From the NCBI GenBank assembly GCA_944358505.1, contig CALVRG010000020.1:1-56246 (forward strand): DNA of 56,246 nt, written 5' to 3'. The notes below the pieces were generated by a model. It was given only the letters and a program-made list of their open reading frames with translations, was not told where the DNA came from and made no database searches. Below, piece after piece: positions 27,801-35,462 of the stretch; positions within the stretch are counted from its first letter, which is position 1, and the number at the start of each line of letters is the position of its first letter. The translations under genes were made by a program, and so were the position numbers. This DNA comes from an uncultured Bacilli bacterium. Lineage in GTDB: Bacteria; Bacillota_I; Bacilli_A; RF39; UBA660.

Positions 27801-29603
27801 TTATTCAACTGTTACAGATTTTGCTAAATTTTTAGGCTTATCTATATCTGTGCCCTTTAAATCAGCAGTGTAATATGCTATTAATTGATATGGTATTACA
27901 ATTAATAATGGTTTAATAAAAATATTTGCTTTAGGTATATTGATAATATTAAAAGCAGGGTCATTATAACTATCATCTGTTATTAAGTAAACTTTTGCAC
28001 CCCTTGCTAATACTTCTTTTAAATTGCTAACAGTTTTAGGGTTTAACTTATCATTAGTAGCACTACATAAAACTGGTGTATTCTTTTTAACTAAAGATAT
28101 CGTACCATGTTTTAATTCACCAGCAGCATATGCTTCACTATGAATATATGATATTTCTTTTAATTTTAAAGCACCCTCCATACTAAGCACATAATCTAAT
28201 CCTCTACCTATATAAAAGATATCATCTTCATTATAGATTTCTTTGGCAATTGATTGATAAATATTTTTTTTATCTAAAAGTGGAGTTATTAAATTACTAA
28301 TATTTTTAAATTCTTTTAATACTTCTAACACTTCTTTTTCTTTTAGAGTTTTATTTCTATAAGCATGAGATAAAGCAAGTAAAGATAGCATAGTAACTTG
28401 AGCAGTATAGGCTTTAGTTGAAGCAACTGCAATTTCACTTCCTGCTTTTGTATATAAACATTGATCTACTAGAAAAGTCATTGAACTATTTTCTACATTA
28501 ATTATACCAAGACTAGGTAAGTTATTACTCTTAACTAATTTTAAAGCTGCGATTGTATCAGCTGTTTCACCAGATTGGGAAATAAAAATTGTTAAAGTAT
28601 CTTTACTTAAGAAATTATTTTGGTATCTATACTCACTAGCTAAATATACATTACATTTAGTGTTAGTAATCTCCTGAAATAAATATTTTGCTACTAACCC
28701 AGCATGATATGCTGTACCACATCCCACAATATCTATAGCATTATATTTAGTCAAATCAGGCATTGTAAGCAATGACGCTATACCATCATCTATATATGGT
28801 ATAGCTGTATCAGCAATTGTCTTGCTTTGTTCCATTATCTCTTTCAACATATAGTGTTTATAATGTCCCTTAGAATTTTCTTTATTTTCATGAGTATATT
28901 CTTTTAATTCCTTATTTAGAACCAATCCTTTACTATTTTTAATAATTATTTCACTATTGTTTACTTTAGCATATTCAAAATCGTCTAATATATAATATTT
29001 ATTAGTATATTTTAATATAGCTCTAATATCACTTGCAATTATATTAAAGTTATTACCAGTAGCAATAATTAGTGGACTTTCTTTCTTTAAACAATAAAGA
29101 TTATTTTGATCATTATCTATAAGCAAACTTATAGCATAACTTCCTTTAGCTTCTTTCATAAAGCTTTCTATTGCTTTTTCAATATTATTGTATTCTTCAT
29201 AATAATAATTTAAAAGAGCAGCAGCTATTTCACTATCAGTACTAGTCTTAAAAGAATAACCACATTGAGATAATTTTTCTTTTATTTCCTCAAAGTTTTC
29301 AATAATACCATTATGAACAATTGTAATATGTCCGACTTTATGGGGATGAGCATTAACAGTAGTTGCTTTACCATGAGTAGCCCATCTTGTATGGGCAATA
29401 CCTATTTTGCTTGAATCATCGTCACTTATTTTTTGAACTAAATTATCAACTTTTCCTGTTACTTTAGTAATACAAATTTTGTTGTTTTCAAAATAAGCAA
29501 CTCCAGCTGAGTCATATCCTCTATATTCTAAATTTTTTAATCCTGTTATTAGTATAGGCAATATATTTTTATCTTTAGATATTGCACCAACTATTCCACA
29601 CAT
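27801..29603 (-). CDS. glmS: Glutamine--fructose-6-phosphate aminotransferase
   Basis: MCGIVG N-terminal nucleophile, two SIS domains, C-terminal DKPRNLAKSVTVE-type ending (DKPKNLAKSVTVE). Confidence 0.97.
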   Translation of the reverse strand: MCGIVGAISKDKNILPILITGLKNLEYRGYDSAGVAYFENNKICITKVTGKVDNLVQKISDDDSSKIGIAHTRWATHGKATTVNAHPHKVGHITIVHNGIIENFEEIKEKLSQCGYSFKTSTDSEIAAALLNYYYEEYNNIEKAIESFMKEAKGSYAISLLIDNDQNNLYCLKKESPLIIATGNNFNIIASDIRAILKYTNKYYILDDFEYAKVNNSEIIIKNSKGLVLNKELKEYTHENKENSKGHYKHYMLKEIMEQSKTIADTAIPYIDDGIASLLTMPDLTKYNAIDIVGCGTAYHAGLVAKYLFQEITNTKCNVYLASEYRYQNNFLSKDTLTIFISQSGETADTIAALKLVKSNNLPSLGIINVENSSMTFLVDQCLYTKAGSEIAVASTKAYTAQVTMLSLLALSHAYRNKTLKEKEVLEVLKEFKNISNLITPLLDKKNIYQSIAKEIYNEDDIFYIGRGLDYVLSMEGALKLKEISYIHSEAYAAGELKHGTISLVKKNTPVLCSATNDKLNPKTVSNLKEVLARGAKVYLITDDSYNDPAFNIINIPKANIFIKPLLIVIPYQLIAYYTADLKGTDIDKPKNLAKSVTVE

Positions 29604-29689
29604 ATAAAATCACCTTCCTTATAATTATATTGTAATTAATATTAGTTTATTTAAAAAAAAAGATCTTGTCAATTTTTTGATGTTAATAT

Positions 29690-29718
29690 TTGTAAAATAG
29701 GGTAGTGGGTGCTATAAT
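29690..29718 (+). promoter_or_regulatory. Sigma-A type promoter for tRNA-Arg
   Basis: TTGTAA (29690-29695), 17 nt including TGc (extended -10), TATAAT (29713-29718). The mature tRNA 5' end is only 8 nt downstream. Confidence 0.6.
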
Positions 29719-29726
29719 TTATTTAT

Positions 29727-29803
29727 GTTCATGTAGCTCAGTTGGATAGAGCGTTTCCCTCCGAAGGAAGAGGTCACAGGTTCAATTCCTGCCATGAACA
29801 CCA
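29727..29803 (+). tRNA. tRNA-Arg (CCG), CCA encoded
   Basis: GTTCATGTAGCTCAGTTGGATAGAGCGTTTCCCTCCGAAGGAAGAGGTCACAGGTTCAATTCCTGCCATGAACACCA; anticodon loop CTCCGAA. Confidence 0.85.
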
Positions 29804-29892
29804 GATTGATAGGAAACTCAAACTTTTAATAATTTGAGAGTAATAAATTGCTAACAGAAATGTTAGCTTTTTGTTATTACAAAGAAAGTGAG
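29804..29892 (+). repeat. tRNA trailer module, left copy (two hairpins, the second a terminator); inverted repeat of 35201-35286
   Basis: GATTGATAGGAAACTCAAACTTTTAATAATTTGAGAGTAATAAATTGCTAACAGAAATGTTAGCTTTTTGTTATTACAAAGAAAGTGAG. Hairpin 1 at 29817-29838; hairpin 2 plus T-run at 29850-29872. Confidence 0.9.
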
Positions 29893-30462
29893 GAATTTTA
29901 TGGAGAGTTTAATAAATCAGAACAAAATAATAACTTTATTGATTTTATTAAATATTTATTAGAAATGTTTAAAGATTTTTTAGAAAAATTCTACTTTCTA
30001 AAAATGAAGTTGATAAAAAACAATAAAGATTAAAAAAAATTATTATGAACAAAATTTTAGATAATAATTATTATTTTTTTGTATCTACTAAACTTATGAT
30101 GTTATGGCAATTTAGAAACACATTTGCTAATTAACAAAATGGATTGTAAAATTTATTTTTTTGCATACAAACTCTTCTTTTTTTATAATAACTTAGTTCT
30201 TCAAATTCTTTTCTATATTTTTCTGTTTTTTCTTTAGTTAATAAAATTATTTCATCTTTTATGCTATCATTTTACCAATGATTTATGGTGCATTTATTAA
30301 AAAACAATGTTTATTCATATAAATATCTCTTTATAAACTATTTTGTAATAATATTATGTTATGATAATATTATAATTTGAAACAAAAATAAAAACAAAAG
30401 ACAAAATTCGAGTATATTTTACTATTTTCTAATCCAAACTATTATTGGAAAGGAGGATTTAA

Positions 30463-31215
30463 ATGAAAAAGAATTTAAAAAAAATATTTTTTATTTTTGT
30501 ATTAACTATTTCCCTATGTTCTACTTTAAGTGTTAATGCTAAAACAAGTAAAACAGTCAATAGCCAAAGTGAATTAAAAGATGCTTTAAGTAATAATGAA
30601 ATAACCACAATTATTTTAGGAAAGGATATTGAAACTACTGAAAAAATTAACATTACAAGACCCGTTACGATAGACGGTGCTAACCATACAATTAAATATG
30701 TAGGAAAATTTGGATCTAGTGGAAGCACAAGTAATACTGTTTGGGGTGGAATTTATGTTCTACAAGTTTATAAAACAAACGTAACCATCAAAAATATTAA
30801 ATTAACAGGTGGAAATGCAGCGTTACTTGTGAATGGAGGTATTTTAACACTTGATGGTAAAATTGATGTTTCAGGTAATGGTTTTGGTGGAATAGAACTA
30901 GGTAAAGGTAGTAATGTCAATACCGCTCCACAATTAATATTAACAAATAATGCAGAAATTATTAACACTACAGAAACACCTGATAAACCAACTTTATGGG
31001 TGCCATCTGATACAGAGGGAGCAACTATTGAAATAGGTAATACTAAATATGAAATAGCATCAGGAGATGAATTAAGTTTAGATGAAATAAATGAGTTAGA
31101 TGAAAATATTGAAAACCCTGAAACTAGTGACCCTTTAATTCTAAATGTTTTATTCTTATCTTTATTTGTTATTTTGAGCTTTACTGCATTTGATAAAATA
31201 TTAGATAAAAAATAA
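30463..31215 (+). CDS. Secreted right-handed beta-helix-like surface protein with a sortase-B-type sorting signal
   Basis: Signal peptide ending VNA|K. Repetitive NxxIxG/GG turns (IKNIKLTGGNAALLVNGGILTLDGKIDVSGNGFGGIEL). C-terminal NPETS (31114-31128) plus a hydrophobic stretch plus DKILDKK. Confidence 0.7.
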   Translation: MKKNLKKIFFIFVLTISLCSTLSVNAKTSKTVNSQSELKDALSNNEITTIILGKDIETTEKINITRPVTIDGANHTIKYVGKFGSSGSTSNTVWGGIYVLQVYKTNVTIKNIKLTGGNAALLVNGGILTLDGKIDVSGNGFGGIELGKGSNVNTAPQLILTNNAEIINTTETPDKPTLWVPSDTEGATIEIGNTKYEIASGDELSLDEINELDENIENPETSDPLILNVLFLSLFVILSFTAFDKILDKK

Positions 31216-31365
31216 ATAGTTTTTAAGGAATAATAAAGCGTGAATATTAAAATATTCATGTTTTATTATTTTATAAGTTAGTATATTTTAGAATAGAAAA
31301 CTAATCTTTAAAATATATTTTTTTATAGATTAGTTGCTTTAAATATTAGTAAAAATATCATATAT

Positions 31366-32067
31366 TTATAATTCAATTTTCTTTTCACTCAAAAGTTTAG
31401 AATGAACAACAATTCTACTGCCAAAATCATTTTTACAAGTAGATAGTGTTAATATTTTGTCATTAACATCAACGTCTGAATTAAAATTAAAAATACTCCT
31501 TCTAGTAATTGTTTTTAAAAATTGTTTAAAATATTTATTGTTACTAAAGTAAGTCTTTATATAATAGCTTTCTTTATTTATTGTATAGACACTAAAAATT
31601 TGAAATATTTTTATACTATTATCAGTAATTATTTTTATATATAAATTATTTTTATTGTTATACCATTCCTTTTTTAATAGATTATTTAAACTACCAAACA
31701 TAGTATTATCAGTTAAACCATGTCCATAAATAATATTGTTACGGCTTAAATTATTTAAGTCATTTCTATAATCTAAAAATATAGATCCTCTCTTACTTTC
31801 TTTTTTTAAAAATGAATGATTAAGATAATAATTATTATCATTACCTTTTACAATTGGATAGTTAATATTTGTATCATTAACTATGATATAACCCACTATA
31901 TCATTATTCATTAATTTTAATTTATCAATACTAGTATTTTTTATTTCTGATAATATTTTTAATTCTTCTTTAGATTTATATGCATAATCAATAATATTAT
32001 AACTAAAGATTAAAACGCAAATTAAACTTAAACTAAAAATTAAATACCATATTCTTTTCCTTGTCAT
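31366..32067 (-). CDS. srtB: Class B sortase
   Basis: N-terminal membrane anchor, IYGHGL (catalytic His), ILTLSTC (TLxTC Cys), RIVVHSKL (Arg). Start placed at ATG 32067 behind GGTGGGA. Confidence 0.85.
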   Translation of the reverse strand: MTRKRIWYLIFSLSLICVLIFSYNIIDYAYKSKEELKILSEIKNTSIDKLKLMNNDIVGYIIVNDTNINYPIVKGNDNNYYLNHSFLKKESKRGSIFLDYRNDLNNLSRNNIIYGHGLTDNTMFGSLNNLLKKEWYNNKNNLYIKIITDNSIKIFQIFSVYTINKESYYIKTYFSNNKYFKQFLKTITRRSIFNFNSDVDVNDKILTLSTCKNDFGSRIVVHSKLLSEKKIEL

Positions 32068-32199
32068 AATCCCACCAGTATTATTATTTTCAAATAATGT
32101 CATATTATGTAAATATCTAAACTTTTTCTTTAATTGCTTTAATTATATGATATTTTAAGTTATAATTTACTTATAATATTATTGGTGAGGAGTGAATTT

Positions 32200-33518
32200 A
32201 TGAAAAAAAGAAAATAATAATTACTATAGTGATTATTATAGCAATCGGTTTGTTAATAGCAGGTGGAGTTTTAATCTATCAAAATTATTCTAATAAAAAT
32301 AGGATATTAACATCATTTAACGAATTAAAGGAATCTTTAATCAAAACATTCGATATTGATAATAATAAAAATATACAAGATGTTAAACAAACTGTAACTG
32401 GAAGTACAAATTTTTATATTAATCCAATCTTTGGAAATAGTAGTGATGGTAGTGATGTTATTATTAATGGTTTAAATAATAGTGTATTTAATTATGAATA
32501 TTGTCTTGATATGGAAGCTAAAAAGATGTATTTTGATGGTTCATTACTTTTGAATATGCAAGAAATACTGGGGATAAACTTTTATCAAAATGAAAATATC
32601 AGTTATATATTTTTAAGAAATATATTTGATAAATACATAACAATTGAAGATAATGATATCTTTAGCTATTTAGAAAATACAAATAAAAGTAATGATGATA
32701 TTGATTATATATATAATTTAATGATTAAAAGTTTAGAAAACAATATTACTATTGATGACATAAAGGTTAACAATGAGAAAATAGGTAATGAAAATACCAA
32801 AAAAATTTCTTTAGACTTAAATAAAAAAAGGCTTAATGAGCTTTCCGAATCTATTATAAAAGATTTGAAAAAAGATAACCGTGCTAAAAAAATAGTAGGC
32901 GAATTTATAGAACAAATGGAAACATCAAGTGTAAATGATTCTAGTGCTGATAGCAAAAAATTAAATGTAGGTATAGAGTATAATATTTATTTAAATAAAA
33001 ATAATATTATAAGATATGAATTAATGATAGATAATGATATTAATAAATTTACCATTAGATATAATGATAATAAAACAAAAAGTATTGAGCTTTTAGAAGA
33101 TGGAAATACTATAGGAAGTGCTACTATTACTAATGCAGATAATAGTATTAATATTGCATTAACTTATAATAATAAGAATATTGGTGTTATTAAAATAAAT
33201 AATAGCGAAATTGATATGGATATTACAATACAAAGTTTAAATTTAACAAATGATTCTGTTAATATAAAGTATAATAGTTTACTAAATAATAATAACATAA
33301 GTACTACTTTTATAATTAATCTAATGACTAACAACACAGAGATTAAAATTATAAATATAAATGATTCTGGAATGATAACTAATGGTATAGCTGATTTTTC
33401 TAATGTTAATACTTCCAATAATGTTAATATTGATAATTTAAGTGATATAGATATGGCAACAATTGAAAACAACCTAATGACAGTTTTATATAACTTTATA
33501 AATCAATCTGCAATATAG
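32200..33518 (+). CDS. Membrane-anchored hypothetical protein; the 5' end is out of frame at an A7 tract
   Basis: Strong RBS GGTGAGGAGTGA plus ATG 32200 gives MKKRK*. With 8 instead of 7 A (32203-32209) it reads MKKKKIIITIVIIIAIGLLIAGGVLIYQ... into the long ORF. The ORF-track start GTG 32229 has no RBS. The rest is Asn/Ile/Asp-rich with no recognisable domain. Confidence 0.6.
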
Positions 33519-33520
33519 AA

Positions 33521-33550
33521 AAAAAGAAGTTCTAAAAGAACTTCTTTTTT
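33521..33550 (+). terminator. Rho-independent terminator
   Basis: AAGAAGTTCT (33524-33533), AAA loop, AGAACTTCTT (33537-33546), T-run. Confidence 0.8.
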
Positions 33551-33659
33551 AGTAAGCTAGTGCTCTTTTGGTGGAAGTACAACAACCACTGGGCATAATA
33601 ATTTTATAGGTAGTAATAATACTAATTAATATGATTATACTATGTTTTGATAAAATGTG

Positions 33660-33716
33660 TTGAAAAATAATCGAATTCAAACTAAAATTATTATATAATA
33701 AATTTCAGTTTGAATT
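33660..33716 (+). promoter_or_regulatory. Putative promoter overlapped by a 10-bp inverted repeat (operator-like)
   Basis: TTGAAA (33660-33665), 17 nt, TAAAAT (33683-33688). AATTCAAACT (33674-33683) and AGTTTGAATT (33707-33716) flank the -10/+1 region. Confidence 0.4.
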
Positions 33717-33732
33717 TGTTAGGAGGAATAAT

Positions 33733-34914
33733 ATGGCTTTTAATCCTGGTATATTAGAAGGGGCTATAACAACTGCTACAACACACAATCGAATAAATAA
33801 TTATACTATAGCTAATAAAACAATTGTATATAGTGATACTGTATTATCGGTTAAAGACCTAGGACAAGATCTCAAAGTATCAATAATATCAGATGTGAGT
33901 GAATACTCATTAGAAAGATGTTTGCAAATTATATTTGAATCTAATCCTAATGTGGTTTTTAACATAATACAATATTCAAGAAATGATAAAAAAGTTTATT
34001 TTTATACTAATCAGGAAATAACAACAAAGGAATACGAAGAGAGTAAATTAAAAAAATACAAACCTTTTACTTCAATTTCTGAAATGTTAGAAGAAACAAA
34101 AAGTATATTACTTGCTGAAAAAAATAATAGTAGCGATTGTGTATCTTTATTTGATGTAGCACAATTATTAAAAAAATTAAACCATGATTATAATATAGTA
34201 AAAGAAGGATATGAATCTCAATTTAAAAGTATTATTAAAAATGCTTTTGGAGATAGTAGTAGTATTGTAATTCATGAATTTGATTATAAAAAGAAAATTT
34301 TGAGCATTGGATTTAAAAGATGGGATTTGTATGATTATGATTATGATGAAATCAATTTTGCAAAACAAAATAATGATTTATACATTGTTAAATCAGAATC
34401 TAGTTATGATACAGAAGTTTTTACCGAATTAAGTTCAGGACTATCAAAATTATATGATGAATTAATTAGCTTTGCTGATTATAAAAATAAGGCTAATGAT
34501 AAATATAATACTAAATCAGTAAATTCTAATTTTAGTGTTGATATTAGTCATGATGGCGTTAGAATTTTTGCTCAATTACAAGGAAATAGTTATTCAAAAG
34601 ATTTTAGTTTGTTTTCATCTAGTGATACCAATAAATACTTAATTAAATGTAATTCGAGTATCGTAAACGAAACACTTAAAGATAAAGAATCTGAAATATT
34701 TAAAAGAATTTTTGTTAAGATAGATGATTGTCCTGTATGGAGTCAAGCAAAACTATATGAAATAAGACAAAATCAATTGGCAGAAGAACGAAGATTAGAA
34801 GAAGCTAGACAGTTAGAAAACAAAAAAATTGAAGAAGAAATTAAAAAAAAGAAAACTAAAAAACAAAAAAGATTAGAATTAAAAAGAAAAATTTTCCCAT
34901 TCTTAAAAAAATAA
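33733..34914 (+). CDS. Hypothetical protein (393 aa) with a highly basic Lys-rich tail
   Basis: RBS AGGAGG. No TM or signal peptide. C-terminal EERRLEEARQLENKKIEEEIKKKKTKKQKRLELKRKIFPFLKK. No family recognised. Confidence 0.6.
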   Translation: MAFNPGILEGAITTATTHNRINNYTIANKTIVYSDTVLSVKDLGQDLKVSIISDVSEYSLERCLQIIFESNPNVVFNIIQYSRNDKKVYFYTNQEITTKEYEESKLKKYKPFTSISEMLEETKSILLAEKNNSSDCVSLFDVAQLLKKLNHDYNIVKEGYESQFKSIIKNAFGDSSSIVIHEFDYKKKILSIGFKRWDLYDYDYDEINFAKQNNDLYIVKSESSYDTEVFTELSSGLSKLYDELISFADYKNKANDKYNTKSVNSNFSVDISHDGVRIFAQLQGNSYSKDFSLFSSSDTNKYLIKCNSSIVNETLKDKESEIFKRIFVKIDDCPVWSQAKLYEIRQNQLAEERRLEEARQLENKKIEEEIKKKKTKKQKRLELKRKIFPFLKK

Positions 34915-35030
34915 AAGTCGTGACACATTTTACTCACTTGAGAGTGAAAGTAGTAATAGGATTTTTCTTTTTTAATTTGCTCTCATCTGCCATACAATCA
35001 ATATCACATTCAAAATCATTAACTGTTTTC

Positions 35031-35189
35031 ATTAATTTTTCATACATATGGCTTTACATAAGCAATATTCGTTTCTTTAATATTTCCATTTGTAAATTTA
35101 TATTTAACATTTGCAAACTTACATATCATTTTAATTTTTCTTTTTAGTTCTTTACTTCTTTTTAATTCTTTAGTTTCTATTGTTAACAT
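35031..35189 (-). CDS. Possible small basic protein (52 aa), not in the ORF track
   Basis: ATG 35189 ... TAA 35031-35033: MLTIETKELKRSKELKRKIKMICKFANVKYKFTNGNIKETNIAYVKPYVWKN*. The weak RBS GTGAGAG lies inside the right trailer repeat. Confidence 0.3.
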
Positions 35190-35200
35190 ATATAATCACT

Positions 35201-35286
35201 CTCACTTTCTGAAATAACAAAAAAAACTAACATTTCTGTTAGTAACTTATTACTCCCGAATAAAAAGTTCGAGTTTCCTATCAATC
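35201..35286 (-). repeat. tRNA trailer module, right copy (inverted repeat of 29804-29892)
   Basis: The reverse complement reads GATTGATAGGAAACTCGAACTTTTTATTCGGGAGTAATAAGTTACTAACAGAAATGTTAGTTTTTTTTGTTATTTCAGAAAGTGAG. Hairpin 1 at 35255-35273; hairpin 2 plus T-run at 35219-35243. Confidence 0.9.
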
Positions 35287-35360
35287 TGGTGCCGGAAGTA
35301 AGAATTGAACTTACCGCTGATCCTTACCAAGGATCTGTTTTACCACTAAACTATACCGGC
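35287..35360 (-). tRNA. tRNA-Thr (GGU), CCA encoded
   Basis: GCCGGTATAGTTTAGTGGTAAAACAGATCCTTGGTAAGGATCAGCGGTAAGTTCAATTCTTACTTCCGGCACCA; anticodon loop TTGGTAA. One U6-U67 mismatch. Confidence 0.85.
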
Positions 35361-35410
35361 ATTACATATTAATTTTAACATACATATAAACATCAAGCAA
35401 TAAACTTTTT

Positions 35411-35438
35411 TTGACTTAATTTGTAAATGTGGTATGAT
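35411..35438 (+). promoter_or_regulatory. Sigma-A type promoter for tkt
   Basis: TTGACT, 16 nt ending in TGg, TATGAT (extended -10). Confidence 0.55.
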
Positions 35439-35462
35439 ATTATTAACTTGAGGAGTGATAAT

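Noticed and set aside
29604-29726. Looked for the glmS ribozyme in the glmS leader
   Set aside because: Only 123 nt of almost pure A/T are available. None of the conserved GC-containing core segments is present. The absence is reported as a finding, not the ribozyme as a feature.
29848-30033. 61-aa ORF starting (TTG) inside the terminator hairpin of the left trailer repeat
   Set aside because: The start codon is buried in the hairpin, there is no RBS, and the sequence is low-complexity Lys/Phe/Glu. The Shine-Dalgarno-like GTGAGGA in the repeat serves a different frame (a 20-codon ORF). Not called.
30100-30316. Possible degraded small gene on the minus strand (…DSIKDEIILLTKEKTEKYRKEFEELSYYKKRRVCMQKNKFYNPFC*) with candidate starts in other frames
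   Set aside because: It needs at least one frameshift to connect a start codon. No family was recognised and the direction of the required indel is ambiguous. Treated as non-coding or relic DNA.
30459-31259. Minus-strand ORFs 30459-30728 and 30768-31259, opposite the beta-helix surface protein gene
   Set aside because: The plus-strand ORF has an RBS, a signal peptide, repeats and a sorting signal. The minus-strand ORFs have none of these and look like shadow frames.
34920-35147. 75-aa plus-strand ORF after the 393-aa gene, and a 19-codon minus-strand ORF (34975-35034) overlapping the stop of the 52-aa ORF
   Set aside because: The plus-strand ORF starts with GTG, has no RBS and has Phe/Ile/Ser shadow composition. 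The 19-codon ORF is too short to support despite its TAATG overlap.
29804-35286. Considered whether the ~87-nt inverted repeats are terminal inverted repeats of a transposon
   Set aside because: There is no transposase or integrase between them and no target-site duplication. The repeats begin exactly at the CCA ends of two different tRNAs and contain a terminator, which fits a tRNA trailer module better. Recombination-mediated inversion remains possible.
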